From: Pseudobdellovibrionaceae bacterium
GTDB lineage: Bacteria > Bdellovibrionota > Bdellovibrionia > Bdellovibrionales > Bdellovibrionaceae
Length of the DNA: 39,688 nt
Direction of reading: 5' to 3'
Assembly (NCBI GenBank): GCA_947370945.1
Contig: CANBND010000001.1
Location: 1-39,688, forward strand
The notes beneath the pieces were generated by a model. That model saw nothing but the letters and a program-made list of their open reading frames with translations. It searched no databases and had not been told where the DNA came from. A program made the position numbers and the translations under genes. Shown here piece after piece: positions 19,387 to 27,537 of this stretch. Numbering within the stretch: position 1 is the first letter of the stretch; every line of letters begins with the position of its first letter.

Positions 19387-21069
19387 ATGCGTTCAATTGG
19401 TATAGATGTGGGTGACGATTCAGTCAAAATTGTTGAACTGATTCAGAACAAAAAAACAATCACATTAAATTCTCTTTTTGAAAAAAAATTGTCTTCACAA
19501 TCTGCCCCGCATGATCGTGAAATTGAAGCTATCGAATTTATCCGCCACATCCTGACTGAAAATGATTTCACTGGCGCCAGATTCTGCATGTCGATTCGTC
19601 AAGACAAAGTCACTGTTCGCACAAAAACATTTCCGTTTTCTGATCGTATTAAAATTCAAAAAAGTTTATCTTTCGAACTCGAAGAAGACATTCCTTTTGA
19701 TCCTGACCTGTGTTTATTTGATTACAAAACAATTTCTTTTGAAGGTCCCTCAGCCACTGTTTTAGCTCTTGCTGTACCCAAAGTTCATATTGAAAAAGCG
19801 TTGTCACTGGCCAAGGATTTCGGTATCGAATTGCATTTGTTGACCGTTGAAGGTTTTGCTTTTTCAAATTTATTAGAAAATTGGCAAGACGCTGCGCCTG
19901 TCACTGAACCCACGCCTGCCGAAATTGAAATACAAAACGAAGACACTGCCTTTTTAACGCGAAATAAAATTGATATCGTTTTAAATATTGGCCACAAAAA
20001 AACTTTACTGTCAGGTCTGTCAAAGGGTCGCGTTATTTTTGTTCGAAGCTTGATGTGGGGCGCCGACAACGTACTGCAAGAAATGTTGAAAAAATATCAG
20101 CTGCCGTATGTTGAAGCGCAAAAAGCTTTGCAAACAAACGCTTCCCTGTATTTATCAAAACAAAATTTAAGTTTCGAAGAATCCAATCTGGCAACGACGA
20201 TTGAAACATCGCTCAGAGATTTAGTTCGCGATTTACAGATGTCATTTTTAGAATTACAAAGCTCAACATTTTCACACATTGAAAATGTTTATTTGACGGG
20301 TGGCTTCAGTCAGCTTCCACATTTGGGAACATTTCTGACGCAGCATCTGGAAATTCCCTGCAATCAAATTCAATTATTAAATTCATATTTAAAACCCGAC
20401 GAAACACAAGCTTCACAACAAAATATTCAATTTCGTTTTACCACAGCTGTTGGCATTGCGCTTGAGGCTTATAAAAAACCCAGAAATCCGTCATTGCAAC
20501 TCATCAAAGGTGAATTCTTAAATCAAAATAATAAATTTAAAAATTTTTGGAATTCTTGGGGCACGTTAACTCAAATTGCTTTAGCCAGTTTTTTTATTTT
20601 ATTTACATGGAGCTATTTCAGAGAAGATTTTTCTAAAAGTTTAGATGAAAAAGGTTTGGACGTATTAAAAGCACAAGCTAAAACCGTTGCTCGCCTTCCC
20701 AAAAAACAAGCCAATGAAAAAGGCGTTGCGAAATATATCAAAGACCACAAAAAGCGAACGCAGGAAATGAAATTGGTCACGCAAATTGCATCAATGAATT
20801 CAGCCTTAGACATTTTAAAAAAACTGAGCGATCAGGCTCCGAACAAAGAACAATCCAAAATAGATTTGGTGCAGTTTAATGTCAAAGATGATTTGGTACA
20901 AATTTCAGGCTATGCAAATTCACCCAAAGAAATCAGTTTGTTTTCGCAAAAATTATCATCGTTATCCATCAATAATAAAATCAATCAAGACGCTACAAAT
21001 TTAGCAGCCCAACCAAATCGCGTGGCCTTTGCATTAAGTTTTAAAACAGATCGAGGGCTTGTCAAATGA
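19387..21069 (+). CDS. gspL: Type II secretion protein L with a PilM/actin-like cytoplasmic domain and a PilN-like periplasmic domain
   Basis: IGIDVGDDSVK, LNIGHKKT, YLTGGFSQL actin-fold motifs, one TM helix, VQISGYA periplasmic domain; position after gspK. Confidence 0.82.
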   Translation: MRSIGIDVGDDSVKIVELIQNKKTITLNSLFEKKLSSQSAPHDREIEAIEFIRHILTENDFTGARFCMSIRQDKVTVRTKTFPFSDRIKIQKSLSFELEEDIPFDPDLCLFDYKTISFEGPSATVLALAVPKVHIEKALSLAKDFGIELHLLTVEGFAFSNLLENWQDAAPVTEPTPAEIEIQNEDTAFLTRNKIDIVLNIGHKKTLLSGLSKGRVIFVRSLMWGADNVLQEMLKKYQLPYVEAQKALQTNASLYLSKQNLSFEESNLATTIETSLRDLVRDLQMSFLELQSSTFSHIENVYLTGGFSQLPHLGTFLTQHLEIPCNQIQLLNSYLKPDETQASQQNIQFRFTTAVGIALEAYKKPRNPSLQLIKGEFLNQNNKFKNFWNSWGTLTQIALASFFILFTWSYFREDFSKSLDEKGLDVLKAQAKTVARLPKKQANEKGVAKYIKDHKKRTQEMKLVTQIASMNSALDILKKLSDQAPNKEQSKIDLVQFNVKDDLVQISGYANSPKEISLFSQKLSSLSINNKINQDATNLAAQPNRVAFALSFKTDRGLVK

Positions 21070-21782
21070 GTCGCCTGCAAGAACTGACAGACACATTAAA
21101 AACAAAATCTACCGAAACTTTTGAGAAAATCAAAGAAACCGAATCTTATCAAAAGATTTCTGATCGTTACGAAAGTTTAAGTCCTGCTGGTCAGAAAATG
21201 ACAAAAATTGTCGTAGGGATTTTAATTTTATTTATTTTCTTATTTATTCCGCTCAGTCAATTTTCAACATCCAAAGATTTTGTCACAGCGTTCGAGGACA
21301 AGCGCACACTGATTCGTGATTTATTTAAAACTTATCGCGAATCAAATTCATCATCGCGCTTGCCTGAAGCACCGACGTCAGATGCGCTGATGGGCTCAGT
21401 GAACAATACTTTACAGAGCGAACAGCTTCTGCCCGAACAAATTATTTCGGTCAGCATTGGCGCCGCCGAGGGCCGATTGATTCCCGCCAGTTTAATGACC
21501 AGTGTTATTGATGTTAAACTGGCTAAATTAAATTTACGCCAAGTTGTTGATATCGGTTCGCGCCTCAGCGGAATTTCACAATCTGTAAAACTCAAAGATC
21601 TATTGATGAACGCAAATTCAGAATTGGCCGGTTATTTCGACGTCACGTATAAACTGTATGCTTTAAATGTTCCTGCTGCTCCGGTTGAATTACCGCCAGA
21701 ACCTGAAACAAAGTCCGCGAAAAAGAAAAAAAATGATTCTGGTGATGAAAAATCAAATGATAAAAACAAAGGCGATGAGTAA
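21066..21782 (+). CDS. gspM: Type II secretion protein M
   Basis: YESLSP plus a single TM helix and a ferredoxin-like periplasmic part; ATGA overlap with gspL. Confidence 0.7.
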   Translation: MSRLQELTDTLKTKSTETFEKIKETESYQKISDRYESLSPAGQKMTKIVVGILILFIFLFIPLSQFSTSKDFVTAFEDKRTLIRDLFKTYRESNSSSRLPEAPTSDALMGSVNNTLQSEQLLPEQIISVSIGAAEGRLIPASLMTSVIDVKLAKLNLRQVVDIGSRLSGISQSVKLKDLLMNANSELAGYFDVTYKLYALNVPAAPVELPPEPETKSAKKKKNDSGDEKSNDKNKGDE

Positions 21783-21784
21783 TC

Positions 21785-22735
21785 ATGAATTCAATCATTA
21801 TCGGATTTCGTTTTTTATTAAAACACAAATGGAAGATCAGCCTGCTTTTTATTTTAACGTCTGTTTTTTTATTTATCTTATTTCCGTTGGGTGATCTGAA
21901 CGATTTTATTTCTTCAAAAATTTCACAAGCTACGAATAATAAAGTTTTTTTGCAATTCGAAGAAATGCATTTAAATCCGCTAACAACGACCTTAAATCTT
22001 GATAAAGTTATTTTCGAAACAGAACAATTGGATGGCTTGACGATCGAAAAACTGTCAGCCACACCATCTATTATGGCCTTAATAGCCAAACAACCTGGCG
22101 GAAAAATTTCAGCTGAAGGTTTTTTGGGTGGGACACTAAATTTAAAAATCATACCTGCAGAAAAAAACAAATCCGAACTGAATCTGACGGCTGAAAAAAT
22201 TTCTTTGAAAGAAATTAAAAAAATCTTATCGTCAAACTTGCCGATCAGTGGAACTCTTGAATTAACAACAAACTTAAATATTGACCCCGCTTTCACCGAT
22301 CAGCCCGAAGGCGACATCCAAGCAAAAATTCAAAAATTTGAAATGCCATCAACGTCCATCCAATTGCCTGATCTGGGCAGTATAAATTTGCCTGAAATTA
22401 AATTTTCAACGATTGAATTAAAAGGCAAACTTCAAGGTGGACGTTTTTTAATTGAAACCGGCAAATTAGGTTCAAACACAGATGATTTTTCTGGAAGCAT
22501 CAAAGGGGACATCGGCGTTGTCATTCAAAATATGAACGGACAAATGAAGCCTGTTGTAAATTCATATAATTTATCCATTGATCTACAAGCCAAACCTGCG
22601 TTCAAAGATCGCGCTTCATTTTTTCTAAATTTTATTGATCAATACAAAAAAGAAGAATCCGGCGTTACTCGCTATAAATTTAAATTATTATCGACTGGCC
22701 CTGGCATCCCGCCTCAATTTTCAGCTTTAAACTAA
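21785..22735 (+). CDS. gspN: Type II secretion protein N
   Basis: N-terminal TM helix ending LFP, beta-rich periplasmic domain; last gene of the operon. Confidence 0.8.
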   Translation: MNSIIIGFRFLLKHKWKISLLFILTSVFLFILFPLGDLNDFISSKISQATNNKVFLQFEEMHLNPLTTTLNLDKVIFETEQLDGLTIEKLSATPSIMALIAKQPGGKISAEGFLGGTLNLKIIPAEKNKSELNLTAEKISLKEIKKILSSNLPISGTLELTTNLNIDPAFTDQPEGDIQAKIQKFEMPSTSIQLPDLGSINLPEIKFSTIELKGKLQGGRFLIETGKLGSNTDDFSGSIKGDIGVVIQNMNGQMKPVVNSYNLSIDLQAKPAFKDRASFFLNFIDQYKKEESGVTRYKFKLLSTGPGIPPQFSALN

Positions 22736-22807
22736 TCTCCATAATAGTGTTCAAATCCGGATTCCGAATCGCAAGTCTGCTATAAACTAGCTCTATTCGA
22801 TCTCGGC

Positions 22808-22864
22808 CTGATGCGCTATGTGCATAATGAATTTGCAAATCAGAAGTCCTGATTGACTCATCAG
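22808..22864 (+). promoter_or_regulatory. Candidate structured 5' leader of ssb (three-stem junction)
   Basis: CTGATG(22808-13)/CATCAG(22859-64) encloses TGCA/TGCA (22821-24/22834-37) and AATCAG/CTGATT (22838-43/22849-54). It lies downstream of an extended -10-like TGcTATAAA. Confidence 0.3.
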
Positions 22865-22898
22865 ACGCGTAAATACAAAACAATAAAAGGGGGATTTT

Positions 22899-23378
22899 AT
22901 GTCTGGAATTAACAAAGTAATTATCGTAGGTCGCTTAGGTAATGATCCTGAAATGAAGGCCGTTGGCCAAGGTGCTACTGTCACACGTTTAAGTGTTGCA
23001 ACAAGCGAATCTTGGACTGATAAAAATGGTCAAAAACAGGAACGTACTGAATGGCACCGTGTAACGGTCTGGGGAAAACTTGCAGAACTTTGCGGTAAAT
23101 ACTTAGCCAAAGGAAAACAAGTGTACGTTGAAGGAAAACTTCAAACACGCTCTTGGGAAGACAATGGCGTGAAAAAATACGCAACTGACATCGTGGCCTC
23201 AACAGTTCAGTTTTTAAGTGCCAGCGGAGCATCTGCAGGCAACGGACAAGGCTATTCACAGGACAATTCCGCTATGAATCAATCATCTGGTGGCGGCAAC
23301 AATGGCGGCGCAGATTTTAATTTTGGCGATTTCGGACCAGAACCTACATTCAACCAATCCGAAGACATTCCATTTTAA
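22899..23378 (+). CDS. ssb: Single-stranded DNA-binding protein
   Basis: [33 protein letters not shown], Gly-rich linker, C-terminal EDIPF. Confidence 0.97.
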   Translation: MSGINKVIIVGRLGNDPEMKAVGQGATVTRLSVATSESWTDKNGQKQERTEWHRVTVWGKLAELCGKYLAKGKQVYVEGKLQTRSWEDNGVKKYATDIVASTVQFLSASGASAGNGQGYSQDNSAMNQSSGGGNNGGADFNFGDFGPEPTFNQSEDIPF

Positions 23379-23416
23379 TTGGTCGTGTAATTTACATATT
23401 CAAAATATGAACACTC

Positions 23417-23455
23417 AAAAGGCCTAAGTCTAAAAACTTAGGCCTTTTCTTTTTT
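23417..23455 (+). terminator. Rho-independent terminator after ssb
   Basis: AAAAGGCCTAAGT-CTAAAA-ACTTAGGCCTTTT hairpin followed by a T tract. Confidence 0.85.
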
Positions 23456-23479
23456 AAAAAATAGTCCGAGAATTTAAGT

Positions 23480-23770
23480 ATGTGCAAACAACGTATTCTA
23501 TTTTTCTATTTAATCTTAATCTCATCCTGCACCATTTACCAATCACCTGATCGAAAATCTTTTGAATCTGAAAGCCCCACATTTAAAGTTCAAAGCTTAC
23601 AAAAAATCGTATGCGGTTCTGAATCGATCAAAAATCAAGCTTCACAAAGTCGATTGATCACAATCACAGACGACACATCAATCTGGGAACACATCATCGA
23701 GAATAATTCAAAATACGAATCTGAAAATATAACTGCTAAGGAATACTGCCTGTATGAAATTTCAAAATAA
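23480..23770 (+). CDS. Small hypothetical lipoprotein
   Basis: Signal peptide II with ISSC lipobox, two further Cys, overlaps the next gene start. Confidence 0.7.
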   Translation: MCKQRILFFYLILISSCTIYQSPDRKSFESESPTFKVQSLQKIVCGSESIKNQASQSRLITITDDTSIWEHIIENNSKYESENITAKEYCLYEISK

Positions 23771-24638
23771 ATTTTTATTCTATTTTATTCTATTTGTGAA
23801 TTCGATCTGTTTTTCTGGAACGATCACTCAAGTTAAAAATAATAAAGTACTGGTCGATTTCGAAGATGAAACTGTTCAAATTGGCGATCAGTTTTTTATT
23901 TTATCCTCAGACAAAAAAAAAGTGGCCATTATACAAATTAAAATTTCAAAAAATAACAAAGCGATCGCTGACGTTATCAAAGGCACGGCTGTTGTTGGCG
24001 GCACAACACTTTTACGTGAAGGCGGCTCTGTTCAAAGTAAGCCAGTGCCGGAATCTGAAACTGCTTTTTTACGTCAGGATCTGATGCAAATGGGTTTTGT
24101 TTTTAAAATCATGTCAAACAGTCTGTCTGCCAAAGTCCAAGATTCCGCATCGCCGTTTCCGAATCAAGAAACTGTAAATATGGCTGGTACTAATTTTGGT
24201 CTGGGTGTCACACTTGACTACCCTGTGCTTGATTGGCTACGCGCCCACGGCTTGGTCAGTTACGAACAGTATGATGTCTCAGCGAGCTCGCAATTTTTAT
24301 CCTGTGATGGAAAAATATCCACGGATTGTAATGCGAAAATTTCATACTTGGGATTGCAGGGTTTAGCTCGATATGACATTACCCATACTAAAATGAATTG
24401 GTGGGTTGGCTTGGGTGGAACTATTAAATTTCCACTTTCAAAAAAATCAACAGCACTGAATGTCGAAGGCCTGAAAGATTCCGATTCCTACACGTTGGGT
24501 GGCGGTCTTGATTATCACTTAAATAATAAGGCTTTTATCCCCGTCTCGTTTGAATATCACGTTTCATTAAACCAATCCGAAGAAGTTCCTACGATCAAAC
24601 AAATTAGTTTATTAGTTGGTTACGGTCTAAAATTTTAA
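23754..24638 (+). CDS. Outer-membrane beta-barrel protein with an N-terminal beta domain
   Basis: Signal peptide, N-terminal small beta domain (ITQVKNNKVLVD...AIADVIKG), amphipathic strands, Cys-Cys loop, C-terminal GYGLKF BAM-type signature. Confidence 0.75.
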   Translation: MKFQNKFLFYFILFVNSICFSGTITQVKNNKVLVDFEDETVQIGDQFFILSSDKKKVAIIQIKISKNNKAIADVIKGTAVVGGTTLLREGGSVQSKPVPESETAFLRQDLMQMGFVFKIMSNSLSAKVQDSASPFPNQETVNMAGTNFGLGVTLDYPVLDWLRAHGLVSYEQYDVSASSQFLSCDGKISTDCNAKISYLGLQGLARYDITHTKMNWWVGLGGTIKFPLSKKSTALNVEGLKDSDSYTLGGGLDYHLNNKAFIPVSFEYHVSLNQSEEVPTIKQISLLVGYGLKF

Positions 24639-24658
24639 GTCTATTCTTATTTCTGACC

Positions 24659-25093
24659 TTATTTCCGAACGGGCACGGGATTATTTTTTAAATATAATGA
24701 CCACGACGACACCATCGAATTGTCGCTGAATCTGCAAAAATCTTTTTCATTATGACGACTGTCGATCGCAAGTAAATTACGACCTTCGGCTTTGGCGCAA
24801 TTGAGGGCCGCCATATTATTCATTGCTGGATGTTCAATTTGAACATTTTCAATTTTCTTTTTTGACATTGCATAGGCTAAACAATCGGGTTTGTTTTTTT
24901 TGTAGCACGATAAATCTAATTCTAACTCATCAGTTTTTTTTGTTTTGAAAATTATGTACCTATCATCCAAAAACAAAGCGTATTCATCAGGTTTTAATTT
25001 CGGAACAACTGGGTGCTGAATGACTTTGTTGGTTTCAGCTGCAAAAATTTGAACAGACACGAACAGTGTACATAGCATATTTAAAAACTTCAT
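24659..25093 (-). CDS. Secreted Cys-containing hypothetical protein with a DUF333-like C-terminus
   Basis: Signal peptide (QIFA-A). NNMAALNCAKAEG...CRFSDNSMVSSWSLY resembles DUF333 spacing. Confidence 0.6.
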   Translation of the reverse strand: MKFLNMLCTLFVSVQIFAAETNKVIQHPVVPKLKPDEYALFLDDRYIIFKTKKTDELELDLSCYKKNKPDCLAYAMSKKKIENVQIEHPAMNNMAALNCAKAEGRNLLAIDSRHNEKDFCRFSDNSMVSSWSLYLKNNPVPVRK

Positions 25094-25112
25094 TTCTTTA
25101 TCCCATCTTAAT

Positions 25113-25142
25113 AAAAAAGGCAGAAATTTCTTTCTGCCTTTT
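25113..25142 (-). terminator. Rho-independent terminator after the metalloprotease gene
   Basis: AAAAGGCAGAAA-loop-TTTCTGCCTTTT hairpin with a T6 tract on the minus strand. Confidence 0.8.
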
Positions 25143-25166
25143 GAATAATTATTTAAATTTTAAGAA

Positions 25167-26567
25167 TTAATCAAAAAACTCATAACTTTGAAATGGTGCG
25201 ATCTCGATCACTTTCGATGGTAAATTCAAATTTAAAACTGTCGAACGATTCGGTTCAACATTAAATAAATCACCATTTTGATTTAAACCGAATGTCACTC
25301 CTGCAACTTTGTACATACGAGAGTATTTTTGATCCAAACGCAACGTCGATGGCTTTAAATATGCTGTTGTACCTTGACAACCGATTTCAAAAACATCGCC
25401 CGTTTCAGTTGTGATGTGCGCAACTTTTGCTGCACGATCATAACCATTCGGATAAATTAATGCGGCCGCAATCGATCCTGCTGGCATATTCACGTCTTGT
25501 GTTGTCGGTGATTTTGGATCGCAAGTAAACTTTACAGAATTTTTATAAATACGCGCGGTAAATTGAGCGCCATTATGAACATCCATCAAATTTTCTTTCT
25601 GAGCCACAGGTTGCGCGTTGTATTCAGTCATCATATCGCCAGCAGATTGTTTAATTTCACCTTCGTTACGTGCAAATACATAACGTGCGTTTTGCGTACG
25701 ATCCGTAGGAATCAAAACCATGTGCTGCGCGCGTTTAAAAATACGACCCGCTGTTGGTGCTTGACCTAATTTATCAACTTTTAACGTTGCCGTGTTCATC
25801 ACATTAAAATTTAAATCTGCAGTTAACATCATTAACTGTTCAGTGCGATTAATTTTAACAGGATTTTCGAAAGCCTCGTCCGCGTAAACGACAGATGATG
25901 ATTTTGCATAAGCCTTTAATGCTGGTGACAAACCCTGCGCATATTTTGCAAGTTGCGCATACGTTTCAACAGTTACTGCATATGAACCTGTATCAGAAAT
26001 TTTTGTATCACAGGCGCCTTGAATTCCAGCGCGTGGACCTTTTGAACATGTCACGTGCGGGTAACCGTCAATATGACGAGCTTCGTGCATAAAAACACTG
26101 GCGCGATCAAGTGACGAAAAACTATCCGTCAATGCCGCAGGACAAACAGACATTGTTTTACCAAACATCGGCTGAACATAAGCGATCACACCTTTAGGAC
26201 AACTTTGAACAACGCTGATATCATCGATGCGGCCAATAAAATATCCGTACCAGTCACTGGCGAATTTTCCAGAAAATAAATCGTCTTTACTTTTAACCAT
26301 GTTTGAATCAAATGCCGTGCGCTTCATGAACATCATCGACGACAGCAAATGCCATGTCTGAGAATTATCATTACAGAATTCTTTTCCTGCGATATTTGAA
26401 AACTGAGAAAAATGGCTTGCGATATCTTGCAAATCTTTTTGCGCGATACAATCATTTGATGCCGGTTGATTTGGCTGAGTCGGTTGTGGTCCGATTCCGA
26501 TTTGTGCTGTTGCTGAAACTGCAACCATAGATATAATCACCATTAGTGATTTTTTAAGTACGTTCAT
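25167..26567 (-). CDS. Secreted zinc metalloprotease (HExxHxxGxxH) with a beta-rich C-terminal domain
   Basis: Start at 26567 (MNVLKK..., G-rich SD) gives a signal peptide ending ATA-Q. Contains HEARHIDGYPH and several Cys. Confidence 0.75.
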   Translation of the reverse strand: MNVLKKSLMVIISMVAVSATAQIGIGPQPTQPNQPASNDCIAQKDLQDIASHFSQFSNIAGKEFCNDNSQTWHLLSSMMFMKRTAFDSNMVKSKDDLFSGKFASDWYGYFIGRIDDISVVQSCPKGVIAYVQPMFGKTMSVCPAALTDSFSSLDRASVFMHEARHIDGYPHVTCSKGPRAGIQGACDTKISDTGSYAVTVETYAQLAKYAQGLSPALKAYAKSSSVVYADEAFENPVKINRTEQLMMLTADLNFNVMNTATLKVDKLGQAPTAGRIFKRAQHMVLIPTDRTQNARYVFARNEGEIKQSAGDMMTEYNAQPVAQKENLMDVHNGAQFTARIYKNSVKFTCDPKSPTTQDVNMPAGSIAAALIYPNGYDRAAKVAHITTETGDVFEIGCQGTTAYLKPSTLRLDQKYSRMYKVAGVTFGLNQNGDLFNVEPNRSTVLNLNLPSKVIEIAPFQSYEFFD

Positions 26568-26666
26568 AAGGCCCCCCATTATGATGATGTTCGAAAAATT
26601 CATTTTTTCAAAGCTGTGTGAATATTCAATCACTAGACCAAAGACTGATCACGAAAAAAATATGGG

Positions 26667-27350
26667 TTATCGATGAAATTCTTGTAATTTACGTTGTGCG
26701 TAATTTCGGATTTTTGAATCTGGATGATTCTGAGCGATCTGAGCCAGTAATGTTTTTGCGGAATTGTCGCCATCCTCGGCGCGCATAAACAGACTGTCGA
26801 CTTCCATATACCGTAAGGCATATTCTTGCCCCCGCTTCACTTCGTCTTCCGAGTGCGGCTGTGGATTTGGAAAATCTGGCATTTTCGTATTTATTAAATC
26901 ACTTAAAATTTGATTCGCATCCGCGCCTGAATATAAAGTCAGCGCGTAATTTGAAAAAATTCTTTCATTCATCGGCAATTCAGAATTTGTGATTTTATTT
27001 TTTAATTCTGAAATTTGAGTGTCAGACAATTGGTTTACAAAATCTTTAGTGTTCTGTTCTGACGATATCGGATCTTTGATCGGAATTTCAAGATTTTTAA
27101 CAGATACCACAACCCAGTTTTTAAATTCATCGTCAGGAATTTTTTGGTCTGTGTTTTTAGTTTCAGAATTTGAGATATCTGTTGAATTTGACTGGGTATT
27201 TAATTTTGTATTTTCCTGAATTTGTTGACCTTCAGTTTTGTGATCCTTTTTCATTTCTAAAATCTTTGGGCCTATGAATGCCAATAGCCCCATGATCACA
27301 GCTAGGCTTAAAGGGAAAAATAAATTAAATTTCGTGTCTTTTCTTAGCAT
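26667..27350 (-). CDS. Membrane-anchored hypothetical protein: GspG-identical TM segment, polar linker, helical (HEAT-like) domain
   Basis: N-terminal TM helix, N/T/S/Q-rich linker, C-terminal LLAQIAQNHPDSKIRNYAQRKL HEAT-like motif. Confidence 0.75.
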   Translation of the reverse strand: MLRKDTKFNLFFPLSLAVIMGLLAFIGPKILEMKKDHKTEGQQIQENTKLNTQSNSTDISNSETKNTDQKIPDDEFKNWVVVSVKNLEIPIKDPISSEQNTKDFVNQLSDTQISELKNKITNSELPMNERIFSNYALTLYSGADANQILSDLINTKMPDFPNPQPHSEDEVKRGQEYALRYMEVDSLFMRAEDGDNSAKTLLAQIAQNHPDSKIRNYAQRKLQEFHR

Positions 27351-27430
27351 CTTCGAAAACGATATCTATAAATTTGAAAACTGTAAATGGATATATGAAT
27401 AACTATTCATATTGAACGACCAAATTCAAT

Positions 27431-27485
27431 AGTGTCTTCGAATCGATATACGTCAAATTTTGTCGTATATCGATTCGAAGACACT
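27431..27485. repeat. 55-bp near-perfect palindrome (22-bp perfect arms)
   Basis: AGTGTCTTCGAATCGATATACG (27431-52) and its exact reverse complement (27464-85), with inner CAAA/TTTG pairing. Confidence 0.95.
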
Positions 27486-27537
27486 CGCTCGCAAACATGA
27501 GATTATTTATTTTTTGAACACATCCGAATTTATAAAA

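Noticed and set aside
9326-22735. Operon as a type IV pilus or competence system
   Set aside because: The gspC (PDZ), gspK and gspN genes and the C-to-N gene order identify a T2SS; no PilT retraction ATPase is present.
22842-22864. Hammerhead ribozyme-like CTGATGA-GTC...GAC on the minus strand of the ssb leader
   Set aside because: The obligatory GAAA after stem II is absent (reads TTCT), and stems I and III cannot be built.
27431-27485. Palindrome as a CRISPR repeat or an ordinary intrinsic terminator
   Set aside because: It is a single unit with no spacers or cas genes and no U tract on either strand.
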